A stretch of DNA of 64,000 nucleotides, taken from positions 506,164 through 570,163 of the forward strand of contig JAGVXL010000001.1 in NCBI GenBank assembly GCA_018303805.1, given 5' to 3'. Positions 55,008-63,892 of the stretch are shown piece by piece. The notes under the pieces were generated by a model. It was given only the letters and a program-made list of their open reading frames with translations. It made no database searches and was not told the DNA's origin. Numbering within the stretch: position 1 is the stretch's first letter; every line of letters starts with the position of its first letter. A program made the position numbers and the translations under genes. Origin of the DNA: Candidatus Pacearchaeota archaeon. Lineage in GTDB: Archaea; Nanobdellota; Nanobdellia; Pacearchaeales; DTIR01.

Positions 55008-55943
55008 ATGTATATAGAAAAAAGAAGAGTTAAAGGAAGGGTGAAGAACTATCTTGCCCATTCATTCAGGGAAGGCGGCAAAGTTCACAAGATAAGAAAA
55101 TATCTTGGGGCAGATTTGAATTCTCAAATCTTGAAAGAAAGAGTGGAAAAAGCAAGACAACTGATTCTTGAAGAGATAAATCAGTACAAAATAATAAAAG
55201 ACCCGCTGCAAACGCCTTTATCAAACGAGGAAATAGAATTAGTTGAGAACTTAGAAGCCGTAGGGGAGTTGAAGGTATTTCATCTGTCTAAGAGACAGTG
55301 GGAGCTATTTTCAGAACTGTTTACATACAGCACAAATGCCATTGAAGGAAGCGAATTAGATCGCCTAGAAGTCAAGGAAATTTTAGAGAAAGACAAATGG
55401 CCTAAAAAGTCAAAAGAAGATATTGCTGAAGCTTATGGTGTAAATGAGGCAATCCAATATATAAGAAACACAAAAGAGCATTTATCATTGAACTTGATAA
55501 AAGAGCTTCACGAAATTGTTTTTAGAAATTCAAGGAATTTTGCAGGTTATTTTAGGATGCGTGGAGAGGAGGTTGTTGTTAGAGATGGCTTGGGAAATGT
55601 TATTCACCATGGAGCCCCACAATCGCGGGTTCTCACGCTGCTGAACGAGTTAGTTGAATGGTATAGCAAGAATAGAAAAAAATATCCTGCATTGATTCTT
55701 GCTGCAGTTGTTCATAATCAGTTCGAGAATATACATCCATTCAGAGACGGTAATGGGAGAGTTGGCAGGCTGCTGCTGAATAACATACTGATTAAAAATG
55801 GATTGCCGCCACTAAATATTGATTTTAACAATAGAAAAGACTATTATCATGCACTGCAAGAGTATGAAAAGAATCATAATTTAAAACCAACAATTGACCT
55901 TCTTTTGAAGGAGTACAGGGCGTTAAGAAGGAGATTGAGGTGA
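55008..55943 (+). CDS. Fic/Doc family protein
   Basis: HPFRDGNGRVGR and STNAIEGS. Confidence 0.93.
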   Translation: MYIEKRRVKGRVKNYLAHSFREGGKVHKIRKYLGADLNSQILKERVEKARQLILEEINQYKIIKDPLQTPLSNEEIELVENLEAVGELKVFHLSKRQWELFSELFTYSTNAIEGSELDRLEVKEILEKDKWPKKSKEDIAEAYGVNEAIQYIRNTKEHLSLNLIKELHEIVFRNSRNFAGYFRMRGEEVVVRDGLGNVIHHGAPQSRVLTLLNELVEWYSKNRKKYPALILAAVVHNQFENIHPFRDGNGRVGRLLLNNILIKNGLPPLNIDFNNRKDYYHALQEYEKNHNLKPTIDLLLKEYRALRRRLR

Positions 55944-56074
55944 CTACATTCTGCAATTTTGTGGTCACCTAATCAGGCATCCTGTTTGATGTACAGGGCT
56001 TTGTTCTGCCTGTTTTTTGGTTTAGGGGTGTGAGAGCTCATAACATTTATAAATTCTATTTAATATTTGATAAT

Positions 56075-56257
56075 ATGGGAGCAAGACCCCCTGAAGCAAA
56101 AAAGAGAAGAATGGAATACAACATTGACCAGGAAATTTATGATAATTTTGTCAAGGCATGCAGCAAAAAAGGGCTTGCGCCGCAGGTTTTGATTGAGCAG
56201 TTTATGAAGAGGTTTAATCAGACAGGGCAGGCTCAGTTTTCTAGTCTCTATCCCTGA
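56075..56257 (+). CDS. Small RHH-like protein
   Basis: MEYNIDQEIYDNFVKAC..APQVLIEQFM; ATG 56075. Confidence 0.55.
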   Translation: MGARPPEAKKRRMEYNIDQEIYDNFVKACSKKGLAPQVLIEQFMKRFNQTGQAQFSSLYP

Positions 56258-56421
56258 TTTCTGCATGGCGGGGTGTGGCAGCAATGGGTTTTTTGGCAGA
56301 AAAAGGGAAGGTATCGGAAATCTCAGAAATCTTTTGATTTCTGATGGGGCGATAGGGTTAAAAAGATTACAGAAAACTGCAAAACAGATAAACTTAAAAT
56401 TAACAGATTTTTAAAAAGAGT

Positions 56422-56745
56422 ATGACTTATGCAGTTTACACAACTGAAAGTTTTGAAAAAGAGATTGAAAAGATTTCTGCATTTGAAAGAGGGATAATAC
56501 AGAAGATGTTTCTGCAGCTTAAAGAAAATCCTTATATTGGCGGCCAAATAAGATACAGGTTTTTCCGTGAGAAGAAAATAAAAGATAAAAGAATTTACTA
56601 TCTGATTTATGATGATTTAAAAGCAGTTCTTGTTGTTGCTTTTGGGGGAAAGAAGGCTCAGCAGGAAACAATTGACGAGACTGTAAAATATTTTCCAGAG
56701 TTTAGAAGATATCTTGAGAATCTTTTAAAAAGTGAAAGAAGATAA
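56422..56745 (+). CDS. RelE-like toxin
   Basis: YTTESFEKE..LKENPYIG..REK...RIYYLIY. Confidence 0.75.
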   Translation: MTYAVYTTESFEKEIEKISAFERGIIQKMFLQLKENPYIGGQIRYRFFREKKIKDKRIYYLIYDDLKAVLVVAFGGKKAQQETIDETVKYFPEFRRYLENLLKSERR

Positions 56746-56752
56746 AGAAGGA

Positions 56753-56965
56753 CTAAGCAACTCTCTTTATTCTCCCTTTTTTAACGTCTTCTAAACTGTT
56801 TTTGAACTGTTTTATCAGGTCAACATCTATTTTTTTTAAGATTACCAAATCGTTCATTTTTTCTACAGCTAAAATTGAGCCCTTGTTTATTCCAAGCTCG
56901 TTTCTTATTCTTAGCGGTATAACTACCTGCCCCTTTGAGCTTATTTTTGTTATTTCGGTTTCCAT
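56753..56965 (-). CDS. AbrB/MazE/SpoVT antitoxin
   Basis: TKISSKGQVVIPLRIRNELGI. Confidence 0.9.
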   Translation of the reverse strand: METEITKISSKGQVVIPLRIRNELGINKGSILAVEKMNDLVILKKIDVDLIKQFKNSLEDVKKGRIKRVA

Positions 56966-57065
56966 TTTGCACTCCTATGTAAGAAAGTAAGATTTTCCTA
57001 TTTTTAAAGGTTTTGGTTTTCTAATCCCTATCCTTGATTTCTTTCTGGGCTTGGTTCTTGGGATT

Positions 57066-57317
57066 TTATCTCTCATAAATATTCCTTCTATGCCCGACTT
57101 TAGTGACTTTTATTGTTTTTAAAGAAATATCAACATCAACTATTGCCCTGTAATTCCCGATTCTAAGCTTAAAGCCATCAATTTCTGCCAAATGCTCAAG
57201 AAACCTAAAAGGCTCTTCCTTGCATAACTGAAGCTTGTTCCAGATTCTTTCCTTTACTTCCCTGCCAAGCTTATTCAAATCATGCAAAGCCTTCTTTTCA
57301 AAAATAAGATGGTACAT
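57066..57317 (-). CDS. RelE/StbE toxin
   Basis: KLRIGNYRAI..VGHRRNIY. Confidence 0.9.
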   Translation of the reverse strand: MYHLIFEKKALHDLNKLGREVKERIWNKLQLCKEEPFRFLEHLAEIDGFKLRIGNYRAIVDVDISLKTIKVTKVGHRRNIYER

Positions 57318-57320
57318 GCC

Positions 57321-57557
57321 TTAAAGCCCAAGAATTTTCTTTGCCTCTTCTTCTGTGTAGAACTCGCCTTTTTTAATCCTTTCTCTGGCTTCCTTGATTT
57401 CAAGAATAGTCTTTTGGCTTAATTTGGGCTCTTTCTCGCACATTTTTGCAAGGTATAGCAGCTTTCTGACTAGCTCATCATAGCTCTCGCTCTTGTATTG
57501 CCTGAACCCGTCAAGTTCCACTTTTGTTGCAGGATTTAATTTTATTGTTGTTTCCAT
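57321..57557 (-). CDS. Cognate antitoxin of RelE
   Basis: ETTIKLN..ESYDELVRKL..GEFYTEEEAKKILGL; 3 nt upstream of the toxin. Confidence 0.8.
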   Translation of the reverse strand: METTIKLNPATKVELDGFRQYKSESYDELVRKLLYLAKMCEKEPKLSQKTILEIKEARERIKKGEFYTEEEAKKILGL

Positions 57558-57723
57558 ATACTAAGGTATACTTAAGTATACTATTTAAAGCTTTCGGTGA
57601 TTATTTTTATCCCTATCCCTGATTTAATCCTGGGGGGTGGCTGCAGTGGGGTTCTGACAGGGAAAGCGGTGGCGAAACTTTAAATATTGGGGTTGTTCTT
57701 AAAAAAATAATCAGTTAATAGAT

Positions 57724-57795
57724 GGGCCTGTAGTATAATGGCTATTATCCTCCGTTTGCAACGAAGAGATTCGAGTTCAATTCTCGACAGGTCCA
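57724..57795 (+). tRNA. tRNA-Ala(TGC), intronless
   Basis: Acceptor GGGCCTG/CAGGTCC-A with G3:U70; loop TT-TGC-AA; one C:A mismatch in the anticodon stem. Confidence 0.88.
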
Positions 57796-57909
57796 TAATT
57801 GAGCCCGTGGGTTTTTTGGGATTGAGCCGATGGGTTTTTAAACTCTATCTCATATAAAAAATAATAAGGGGATGGTTTCTGCTCAGAGAATTTCTGGGAA
57901 TGTTAAAAA

Positions 57910-58302
57910 ATGAATAAATTTAGGAAAACCTTAAGTACATTATTGATTCCTACAATTATAAGTCTAACTGGTTGTTTTCCTGTATCATCCTCTGACTTAG
58001 AAGGAATTATCAAAGGAGACAAAGTAAGACTTGTTAGAAAGAATCTATGTGCCAGTCCAGTACATACTACTTATCTTTATGCAACTAAAAGCAAAAAGAA
58101 AGAAATATGCTACGTTGATTATGATAATGATTTGAAATTAGATAATGTTAGAGTTTGTATCCCATTTGAAGAAATGAAGTTTTACGATATAAACGACCCA
58201 TTAGATAGACCAATCATGGAAGAGGCCCAAAAACAATTTGAAGAGTATATGAAGATTATCACCCCATATTTACAAAGCAAGGAAAAAGCCAATTTAAGAT
58301 AA
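57910..58302 (+). CDS. Putative lipoprotein, hypothetical
   Basis: Basic N-terminus, hydrophobic stretch, lipobox-like LTGC. Confidence 0.6.
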   Translation: MNKFRKTLSTLLIPTIISLTGCFPVSSSDLEGIIKGDKVRLVRKNLCASPVHTTYLYATKSKKKEICYVDYDNDLKLDNVRVCIPFEEMKFYDINDPLDRPIMEEAQKQFEEYMKIITPYLQSKEKANLR

Positions 58303-58468
58303 ATTATAGATTTCTTCTAGCTCTATCAAAGTATCTCTTTTAGCAGTTATATAGCAGGGTTTTGTTCATTGGGAAACCGAGCCGAACTGCAGTGAGGCGA
58401 GGTTTGGGGCGAGAAAACAGGCTGGGCAGGAAATAAACCTTTAAATATTTTAGTTTCTTGAGGACCAT

Positions 58469-58687
58469 ATGACTAAACCTACAAAATGGGAAAGTGAAGT
58501 TCAAGAGGCGGCATATAAATTTTTTGCAGTTCCAGTAATTTTTTTGATAGGACTATATGTAGCTTCAGTTATAATACAAGAGTTTACTGGTATAACTGAT
58601 TTCTTTAGATGGATACTATTCTCTGCAGGACTTATTGGGGCAATAGTATACTACTTTAAAAAACATCTCAGCGAAATTAACTGGTAA
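58469..58687 (+). CDS. Small two-TM membrane protein
   Basis: Two hydrophobic helices. Confidence 0.6.
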   Translation: MTKPTKWESEVQEAAYKFFAVPVIFLIGLYVASVIIQEFTGITDFFRWILFSAGLIGAIVYYFKKHLSEINW

Positions 58688-58698
58688 TCCCCCAAAAA

Positions 58699-59337
58699 AT
58701 GGCTAAATTATTTGATGATAAAAAAAGAGAGATTTTTAGATATTTAGACAATTGTGTAAAAGCCCAAAGGTGGGATAATCTAGATAATGAAACAATTCAT
58801 GAAAAATTTGATAAGAGACTTGGGAAAAAAGAAGTGGAAGGCATTCTTGAAAAATTAGAGGAAGATAAAAGTGTAAAAACAACTGAGATGAGTTATACTA
58901 TATACTATCCTAAAGATAATGAAAAAGAGGTATTAAAAAATTTATCTAAAAAATCTAAAGCAAATCTAGGATCTATTTATTTTATAATTTCAATTATTTG
59001 GCTTTATCTTATTTATAAATTCCCAAAAATAATAAGGATAGTTAGAGGAACAGAGCAGAGTACAAGTAGCGATTTATTTGTTTCAGGGTTTTTAATTAGT
59101 ATAATAATCATCTTCATTACATCTAATGTAGTTTATGGAATATTTTTATGGTTAAGAAAAAGAATTCCCTTTTTTAAAAAACAGAAAATTGTAGTTAGTA
59201 TATTCGTCTCTATCTTACTAATAATTTTGGTTGCTATTTTTACCCAGATAAAGTTTCCAAACTATCAGCTAATAGCAACTGCTATTATGACAGTTATAAC
59301 AATTGTTGTATCTTACTTAATAAATGTAAAAAATTAA
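58699..59337 (+). CDS. Hypothetical membrane protein (soluble N-terminus, 4 TM)
   Basis: AT-rich ORF with four hydrophobic segments. Confidence 0.65.
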   Translation: MAKLFDDKKREIFRYLDNCVKAQRWDNLDNETIHEKFDKRLGKKEVEGILEKLEEDKSVKTTEMSYTIYYPKDNEKEVLKNLSKKSKANLGSIYFIISIIWLYLIYKFPKIIRIVRGTEQSTSSDLFVSGFLISIIIIFITSNVVYGIFLWLRKRIPFFKKQKIVVSIFVSILLIILVAIFTQIKFPNYQLIATAIMTVITIVVSYLINVKN

Positions 59338-59412
59338 AGTTTTTTATCTCTATATCTTCACATAACTCTTTTTAGATATCTAGTTAGGTGGTTCGGAAGG
59401 GGCATCAGCCCC

Positions 59413-60285
59413 TTAATCCAGCATCCCCCACATGATGCTTCTTGCTTGCTTGGTGAGATGGGGATTTTTTCCTATGGATTTCAGGAATTTTGGGATGATT
59501 GTGTCAAGATTGTTAATTTCAGAGGGTCTTATCGGAAGGAAAGGAATGCCATAGTATCTGTAAGCCCTGTTCTTTTTTATTGTTCCGCTTCTGCTGTCTC
59601 GGTATTGCCCATACATCTCAATTATGCAGTTGTATTCAGGAAGGAAGAAATCAGGAACTGCAAAAACAATTCCGAGTTTCTTGAAATCTGGAAAGACAAG
59701 CATCTTGCCCTCATAGAAATAGGCTGTCTTGTTCTTGAAAAGCCAGTTTGCTATCATCACCTCATACAGGCTTCTGACTTCCTCTTTTCTCATTGTGATT
59801 TTGCTTAATTTCTTTTTGTTGCCCTTGCCCTGCTCAATGTATCTCATTGCATTCTTGTGCTTTATCAGCCATGCAATGAACCTCTTTCTTGAAGCTTCCC
59901 TTAAATTTGGGTGGTTTTTGTAGACTTCTTTTCCTATTCTGCTTGCCCTTTCCCTTTTCTCTGGATTTTTCCATAATTCAATAAGGAATTTTTTGTGTGC
60001 TTCTACTTTTTCAGGATGCTTTTTCCAGTATTTCTTCATGTAAATGGAATGCTGCTTTTTCAGTTCTGGATGCTGTTTCAGGAGTTTTATCTTGGAAATG
60101 CTGATTTTCTTTTTTATTGTCTTGCTGAGATGAATGCCTTTTCTATGGCTCTTTGTTATGCCCAGCTTGAATAATAACTTTTTTGTCCTGCTTTCCCTTT
60201 TTCTTGATGCTAAAGGCATGGGCTTGTTCTTGTTCCAAGGCTTCATGCCTTTAAGAAATCTGCCGAGTTTGTCTCTTGACTGCAT
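59413..60285 (-). CDS. Putative endonuclease: NUMOD3-like repeats plus PD-(D/E)xK/Vsr-like domain
   Basis: RDKLGRFLKG.KPWNK, HLSKTIKKKIS; RSLYE..IAN.L, VPDFFLPEYNCIIEMYG. Confidence 0.65.
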   Translation of the reverse strand: MQSRDKLGRFLKGMKPWNKNKPMPLASRKRESRTKKLLFKLGITKSHRKGIHLSKTIKKKISISKIKLLKQHPELKKQHSIYMKKYWKKHPEKVEAHKKFLIELWKNPEKRERASRIGKEVYKNHPNLREASRKRFIAWLIKHKNAMRYIEQGKGNKKKLSKITMRKEEVRSLYEVMIANWLFKNKTAYFYEGKMLVFPDFKKLGIVFAVPDFFLPEYNCIIEMYGQYRDSRSGTIKKNRAYRYYGIPFLPIRPSEINNLDTIIPKFLKSIGKNPHLTKQARSIMWGMLD

Positions 60286-60328
60286 TTTACATCAGAACCA
60301 ATGTTCCGATACCTCCTTTCTTATTTTT

Positions 60329-60577
60329 TTAGCTGTCTGCCAGTTTATCAATACATTTTTTATGAAATCTTAATTTTTCCTCACTATTGCCATCATTCCT
60401 TTTTATTAAAATGTGCCTTTCCTCTATTCTATGCAGGCATACGTAACAGCCGATTGGGTTGAACAAGCCGTTTATTTGATCTATCAATTTTGTTTCCTCC
60501 TCAAAGAAGCCATGCCTGTAAAGCAGGATTGCTTTATTGAGTGTGCTTTGATACTGCTTTCCGATTTCTATTACCAT
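60329..60577 (-). CDS. Small hypothetical protein, possible Zn finger
   Basis: CYVC...HKKC. Confidence 0.5.
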   Translation of the reverse strand: MVIEIGKQYQSTLNKAILLYRHGFFEEETKLIDQINGLFNPIGCYVCLHRIEERHILIKRNDGNSEEKLRFHKKCIDKLADS

Positions 60578-60670
60578 TTATATTTCTGGCTGCTGTAGTT
60601 TATATTCTTTTAGAATCAATTAGCTTTTCTTTTGCCAAGGATTTTCTTTTTCTAAAAGAAAATGCTTTTT

Positions 60671-61246
60671 TTAATAATTCTCAGCGAAAAGCTCATAAAA
60701 TGACTGGGGATGCTTGCATGCAGGGCATTTTTCTGGAGCTTCCATGCCCTCATGGACATAGCCGCAGTTCCTGCATTTCCATTTAGCTGCTTCTGCTTTT
60801 TTGAAAACCTTGCCTTCAGCAAGGTTTTTCAGCAGTTTCCTGTATCTCTTTTCATGCTGCTGCTCAACCTCTGCGATCTCCTTGAATGAGCCTGCGATTT
60901 CCTCAAAACCTTCCTGCCTTGCAATCTTCTCAAACTCAGGATAAATCTCCCCCCATTCCATTGCCTCACCCTCTGCAGCAGCATCTAGGTTCTCGATTGT
61001 TGTTTTTATTATGCCTGCAGGATAAGATGCGGTTATCTCGGCATTCCCGCCCTGAAGATATTTGAAGAAAACTTCTGCATGCTCTTTTTCATTATCTGCT
61101 GTCTCAAGGAATATTGAGGAAATCTGTTCAAAGCCCTCATCTCTGGCTATGCTGGAGAAATAAGTGTATCTGTTCCTTGCCTGCGACTCTCCTGCAAACG
61201 CCTTCAGCAAGTTCTGCTCTGTTTTGCTTCCTTTTACAGATGCCAT
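60671..61246 (-). CDS. rbr: Rubrerythrin
   Basis: AFAGESQARNRY, EKEH, EQQH, rubredoxin CRNCG..CPAC. Confidence 0.96.
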   Translation of the reverse strand: MASVKGSKTEQNLLKAFAGESQARNRYTYFSSIARDEGFEQISSIFLETADNEKEHAEVFFKYLQGGNAEITASYPAGIIKTTIENLDAAAEGEAMEWGEIYPEFEKIARQEGFEEIAGSFKEIAEVEQQHEKRYRKLLKNLAEGKVFKKAEAAKWKCRNCGYVHEGMEAPEKCPACKHPQSFYELFAENY

Positions 61247-61367
61247 TTTTATTTCCAGATGATTTTTTCCAGCTTTTTAATCTTTTCCCCCCATTATATT
61301 TATAATTATTAACTAATAAGTGGTAACAAACAGAAAGGTTTATAAGCGAGGGCATATCCAATAAGTT

Positions 61368-62615
61368 ATGGTGGAAATAACAAATCCAAAATTGAGGGAA
61401 TTGGACAGGAAAATTGGGGATTTTTATAAGCTCTCTGACAGATATTTTGGCTCATTGGCTAATATGCATGGAAGAGCAGTCTACAAGTCTGGCTTGGCGG
61501 CCTTGCTGGCTGAAGCTGACAGCATAAAGCCGGAATCTGAATTTGATGGGCTTGTTTTGAGGAATATTCATTCTAATTTAAGATTGAATGATTTGGTTAT
61601 GGACTATTTTACAGACCCAAATTTTTCTTTATCAGTAAGGGAATTTTTTGATAGAATTGCCGGGAATGGCTCTTTTGAACATTTGGAAATGAAAGTCAAA
61701 TCTCCCCTTTGGGTGGAAAGGTGGGAACATTCTGAAAAAAGTCAGGAAACGGACAATTCAAGAGTCAGCCCATTTATAGAAGAAGCCCAGAAATCAGCAA
61801 AAGACTGGCTTCCTAAATTAAAAAAAGATATTTTGGAGTATGGAAAATCAGGGGGTTATCTGCCTAACGATTTTGATATGAACATACTGCTGCTCCCCCC
61901 AAAATCAGGGGATAAGTGGAGTTACTGGAACTCAAAAACAAGGGTTTTAAGCATGGGTTCTTGTGGATTTGATTTTTTTCCAAAAAATGAAAAAGTCATT
62001 GCTGTTCCGGCTAAAGCATATAACATAGCATTCCATGAGATATTAGGGCATGCCGCCCATCAAATTCATTCTGAAAATCTGCCATGCTCATTGAGATTTA
62101 CAGAAGAAATAGGGATGATTACCCCAACAAAATCCACAACAGAGGGGGTGGCAATTGACAGGGAAAAGCAGGGTTATACTTTTTTAAGGGGCAAATTAAA
62201 GGAATTGGATTTGACTGAAGAGGATGTTGTGCTTCTGCAGGATAAAAATTATTTGCAGCATCAATCGAGATGTGAACTTATGCATTATGCTTTAACGAAA
62301 GACAGGGAATTGAGGGAAAAAGGATTTGATGGTTATGAGTATCTGCTGGGATTAACTAAAAACCCGGTTATGGCAAGAGTATTTAAATATGACTTCAATG
62401 AAGGATTTTTTGATGTTTGGAAATGGATAGGGCATACATTGGGTCCTATCCATTATGAAGGAATGGTAAACAAAACCAAAAAAGAGTTTGGTGAGGATTA
62501 CTTAGAAAAGGAAAAGAAGGATTTCCATAAAGCCACACTAAAAGGGGTTTGGTCTTGGGAAGTTTATCCTGATGCTGTTGCTTATTTCTTAAGAAATAAG
62601 GAAAAAAGGATATAA
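61368..62615 (+). CDS. Putative Zn metallopeptidase (DUF885-like)
   Basis: FHEILGHAAHQ followed by TEGVA (third-ligand Glu pattern). Confidence 0.6.
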   Translation: MVEITNPKLRELDRKIGDFYKLSDRYFGSLANMHGRAVYKSGLAALLAEADSIKPESEFDGLVLRNIHSNLRLNDLVMDYFTDPNFSLSVREFFDRIAGNGSFEHLEMKVKSPLWVERWEHSEKSQETDNSRVSPFIEEAQKSAKDWLPKLKKDILEYGKSGGYLPNDFDMNILLLPPKSGDKWSYWNSKTRVLSMGSCGFDFFPKNEKVIAVPAKAYNIAFHEILGHAAHQIHSENLPCSLRFTEEIGMITPTKSTTEGVAIDREKQGYTFLRGKLKELDLTEEDVVLLQDKNYLQHQSRCELMHYALTKDRELREKGFDGYEYLLGLTKNPVMARVFKYDFNEGFFDVWKWIGHTLGPIHYEGMVNKTKKEFGEDYLEKEKKDFHKATLKGVWSWEVYPDAVAYFLRNKEKRI

Positions 62616-62620
62616 TCCTA

Positions 62621-63184
62621 TCAAATTGCCTTTTCCAGTTTCTTAATTTTTTCCCACGTTCTAGCAAGCTTTCTGCTAGCTTCCTTAACAAGAAGCCTTA
62701 TGAAAAAATAATTTACAAGGATTTTTCCTTTGTTGGCTATAGGCATCTCTAGCTTCTCTGTTGATGCAATTTCGCACACTATTCTCCTGCCGAATGTGAT
62801 AATCCCTGTTTTTTTCCAGCCCGCGAGCTTTGCTTTGTTTATGAGTTCCTGCGCTTTCTGCAATGTTGAGCACGCAGCATGCAGGATGCACGGCTCCATT
62901 TTGAAATAGACTAATCCATGATGCTTTTTTGCTGAACTGCTTATTGCCTTTCTGAATTCTCTCGGGGAAATCTTTTCATGGCTCTTGAAAAGATACAAGC
63001 CCTCCTGCTTTTTTTCCTGCCCAACCATAAGCACAATCCTGCCTGAACAGCTTGAAGTTGTGTAATACTCTTTCCTGCTGTTGATTCTTTTGATGAGTTT
63101 TGAAATTGCCTTGTCAATATGCCCCTCATCCGACTTGTCCAGCTTTTTGAATTGCCCTTTCTTCAAGAACTCAAAATGTTTCAT
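62621..63184 (-). CDS. taw3: tRNA wybutosine/wyosine methyltransferase Tyw3/Taw3
   Basis: LDKSDEGHID, YYTTSSCSGRI, PCILH. Confidence 0.93.
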   Translation of the reverse strand: MKHFEFLKKGQFKKLDKSDEGHIDKAISKLIKRINSRKEYYTTSSCSGRIVLMVGQEKKQEGLYLFKSHEKISPREFRKAISSSAKKHHGLVYFKMEPCILHAACSTLQKAQELINKAKLAGWKKTGIITFGRRIVCEIASTEKLEMPIANKGKILVNYFFIRLLVKEASRKLARTWEKIKKLEKAI

Positions 63185-63253
63185 TTTTATTTTTTACTTC
63201 AAAACTAATCATCCTCTAATAAAATTTATATAGTTTAAAATCCTTTTTGAGAA

Positions 63254-63892
63254 ATGAAACCAATTATTGCTACAACACTTTCAGGATTGTTTATAAAAAA
63301 ATAGGCATGGGATACTGCCCATGTTCTATGGTATAAAAAAGCATCTAAAAAATTAAAGGATTTATCTGTTAATCAATGGGCAAAAAGAGAGGATTATTTT
63401 AAGGGAGTGGATGAAGTGATGAAAAGGCTTTATCCAAATTTAACAGACGAAAAACGGACAATAAAAGCAAGAAAGATGTTTTTTAGTTCTGTAGTAAAGA
63501 ACATCAAACAGAATCCTGATTTTAAAAATAAAGAAATTGTGGATTATTTCAGCTCCCTGAAAAATAAATACAGATTAGCATTAATAACCACAAACACTAA
63601 ACCTGCGCTTGAAAAAATATTATCAATAACACAATTCTTGGGCTTGTTTGATATAATTGAAACTTTAGAAGAAACAGAAAAGGATGATAAGAGGGCGGTA
63701 TTTGACAGGTTTGTGAAAAAGCATGGCAAGCCAGTAATTTACATAGGAGGAGACAAAAAAGATAGTTATGATTACTGCAAGGAAAGAAATATTTATTGCA
63801 TATTTGCCAATCTGGAAAATCAGGGGGAAATTGAGGGGATTAAATCAATCCCGAATCGGGGTGAATTAAAAGAAAAAATAGATTCCCTTTGA
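63254..63892 (+). pseudogene. HAD-like hydrolase interrupted by an in-frame TAG (63302-63304)
   Basis: ATG 63254 reads MKPIIATTLSGLFIKK*AWDTAHVLW... in frame with track ORF 63407; LITT and YIGGDKKDS motifs. Confidence 0.65.

Larger units (their letters stand above)
53789..58425 (+). repeat. Dispersed degenerate intergenic repeat family (7 copies)
   Basis: Motif A (G)CAGGGC(T/C)(T/G)GTTCT at 53789, 54903, 55994, ~57047 (CTGGGC variant), ~57643 (weak), 58354. Motif B ATCC(C/T)TGATTT at 56250, 57030, 57615. GGCGAGAAAACAGG at 53822 and 58408. Confidence 0.7.

Noticed and set aside
57724-57795. Integrated element with attL/attR at tRNA-Ala(TGC)
   Set aside because: I saw no duplicate of the tRNA 3' end and no integrase in the window.
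80-63729. Many short track ORFs antisense to or overlapping well-supported genes
   Set aside because: Shadow frames of real genes, with no motifs or start signals.
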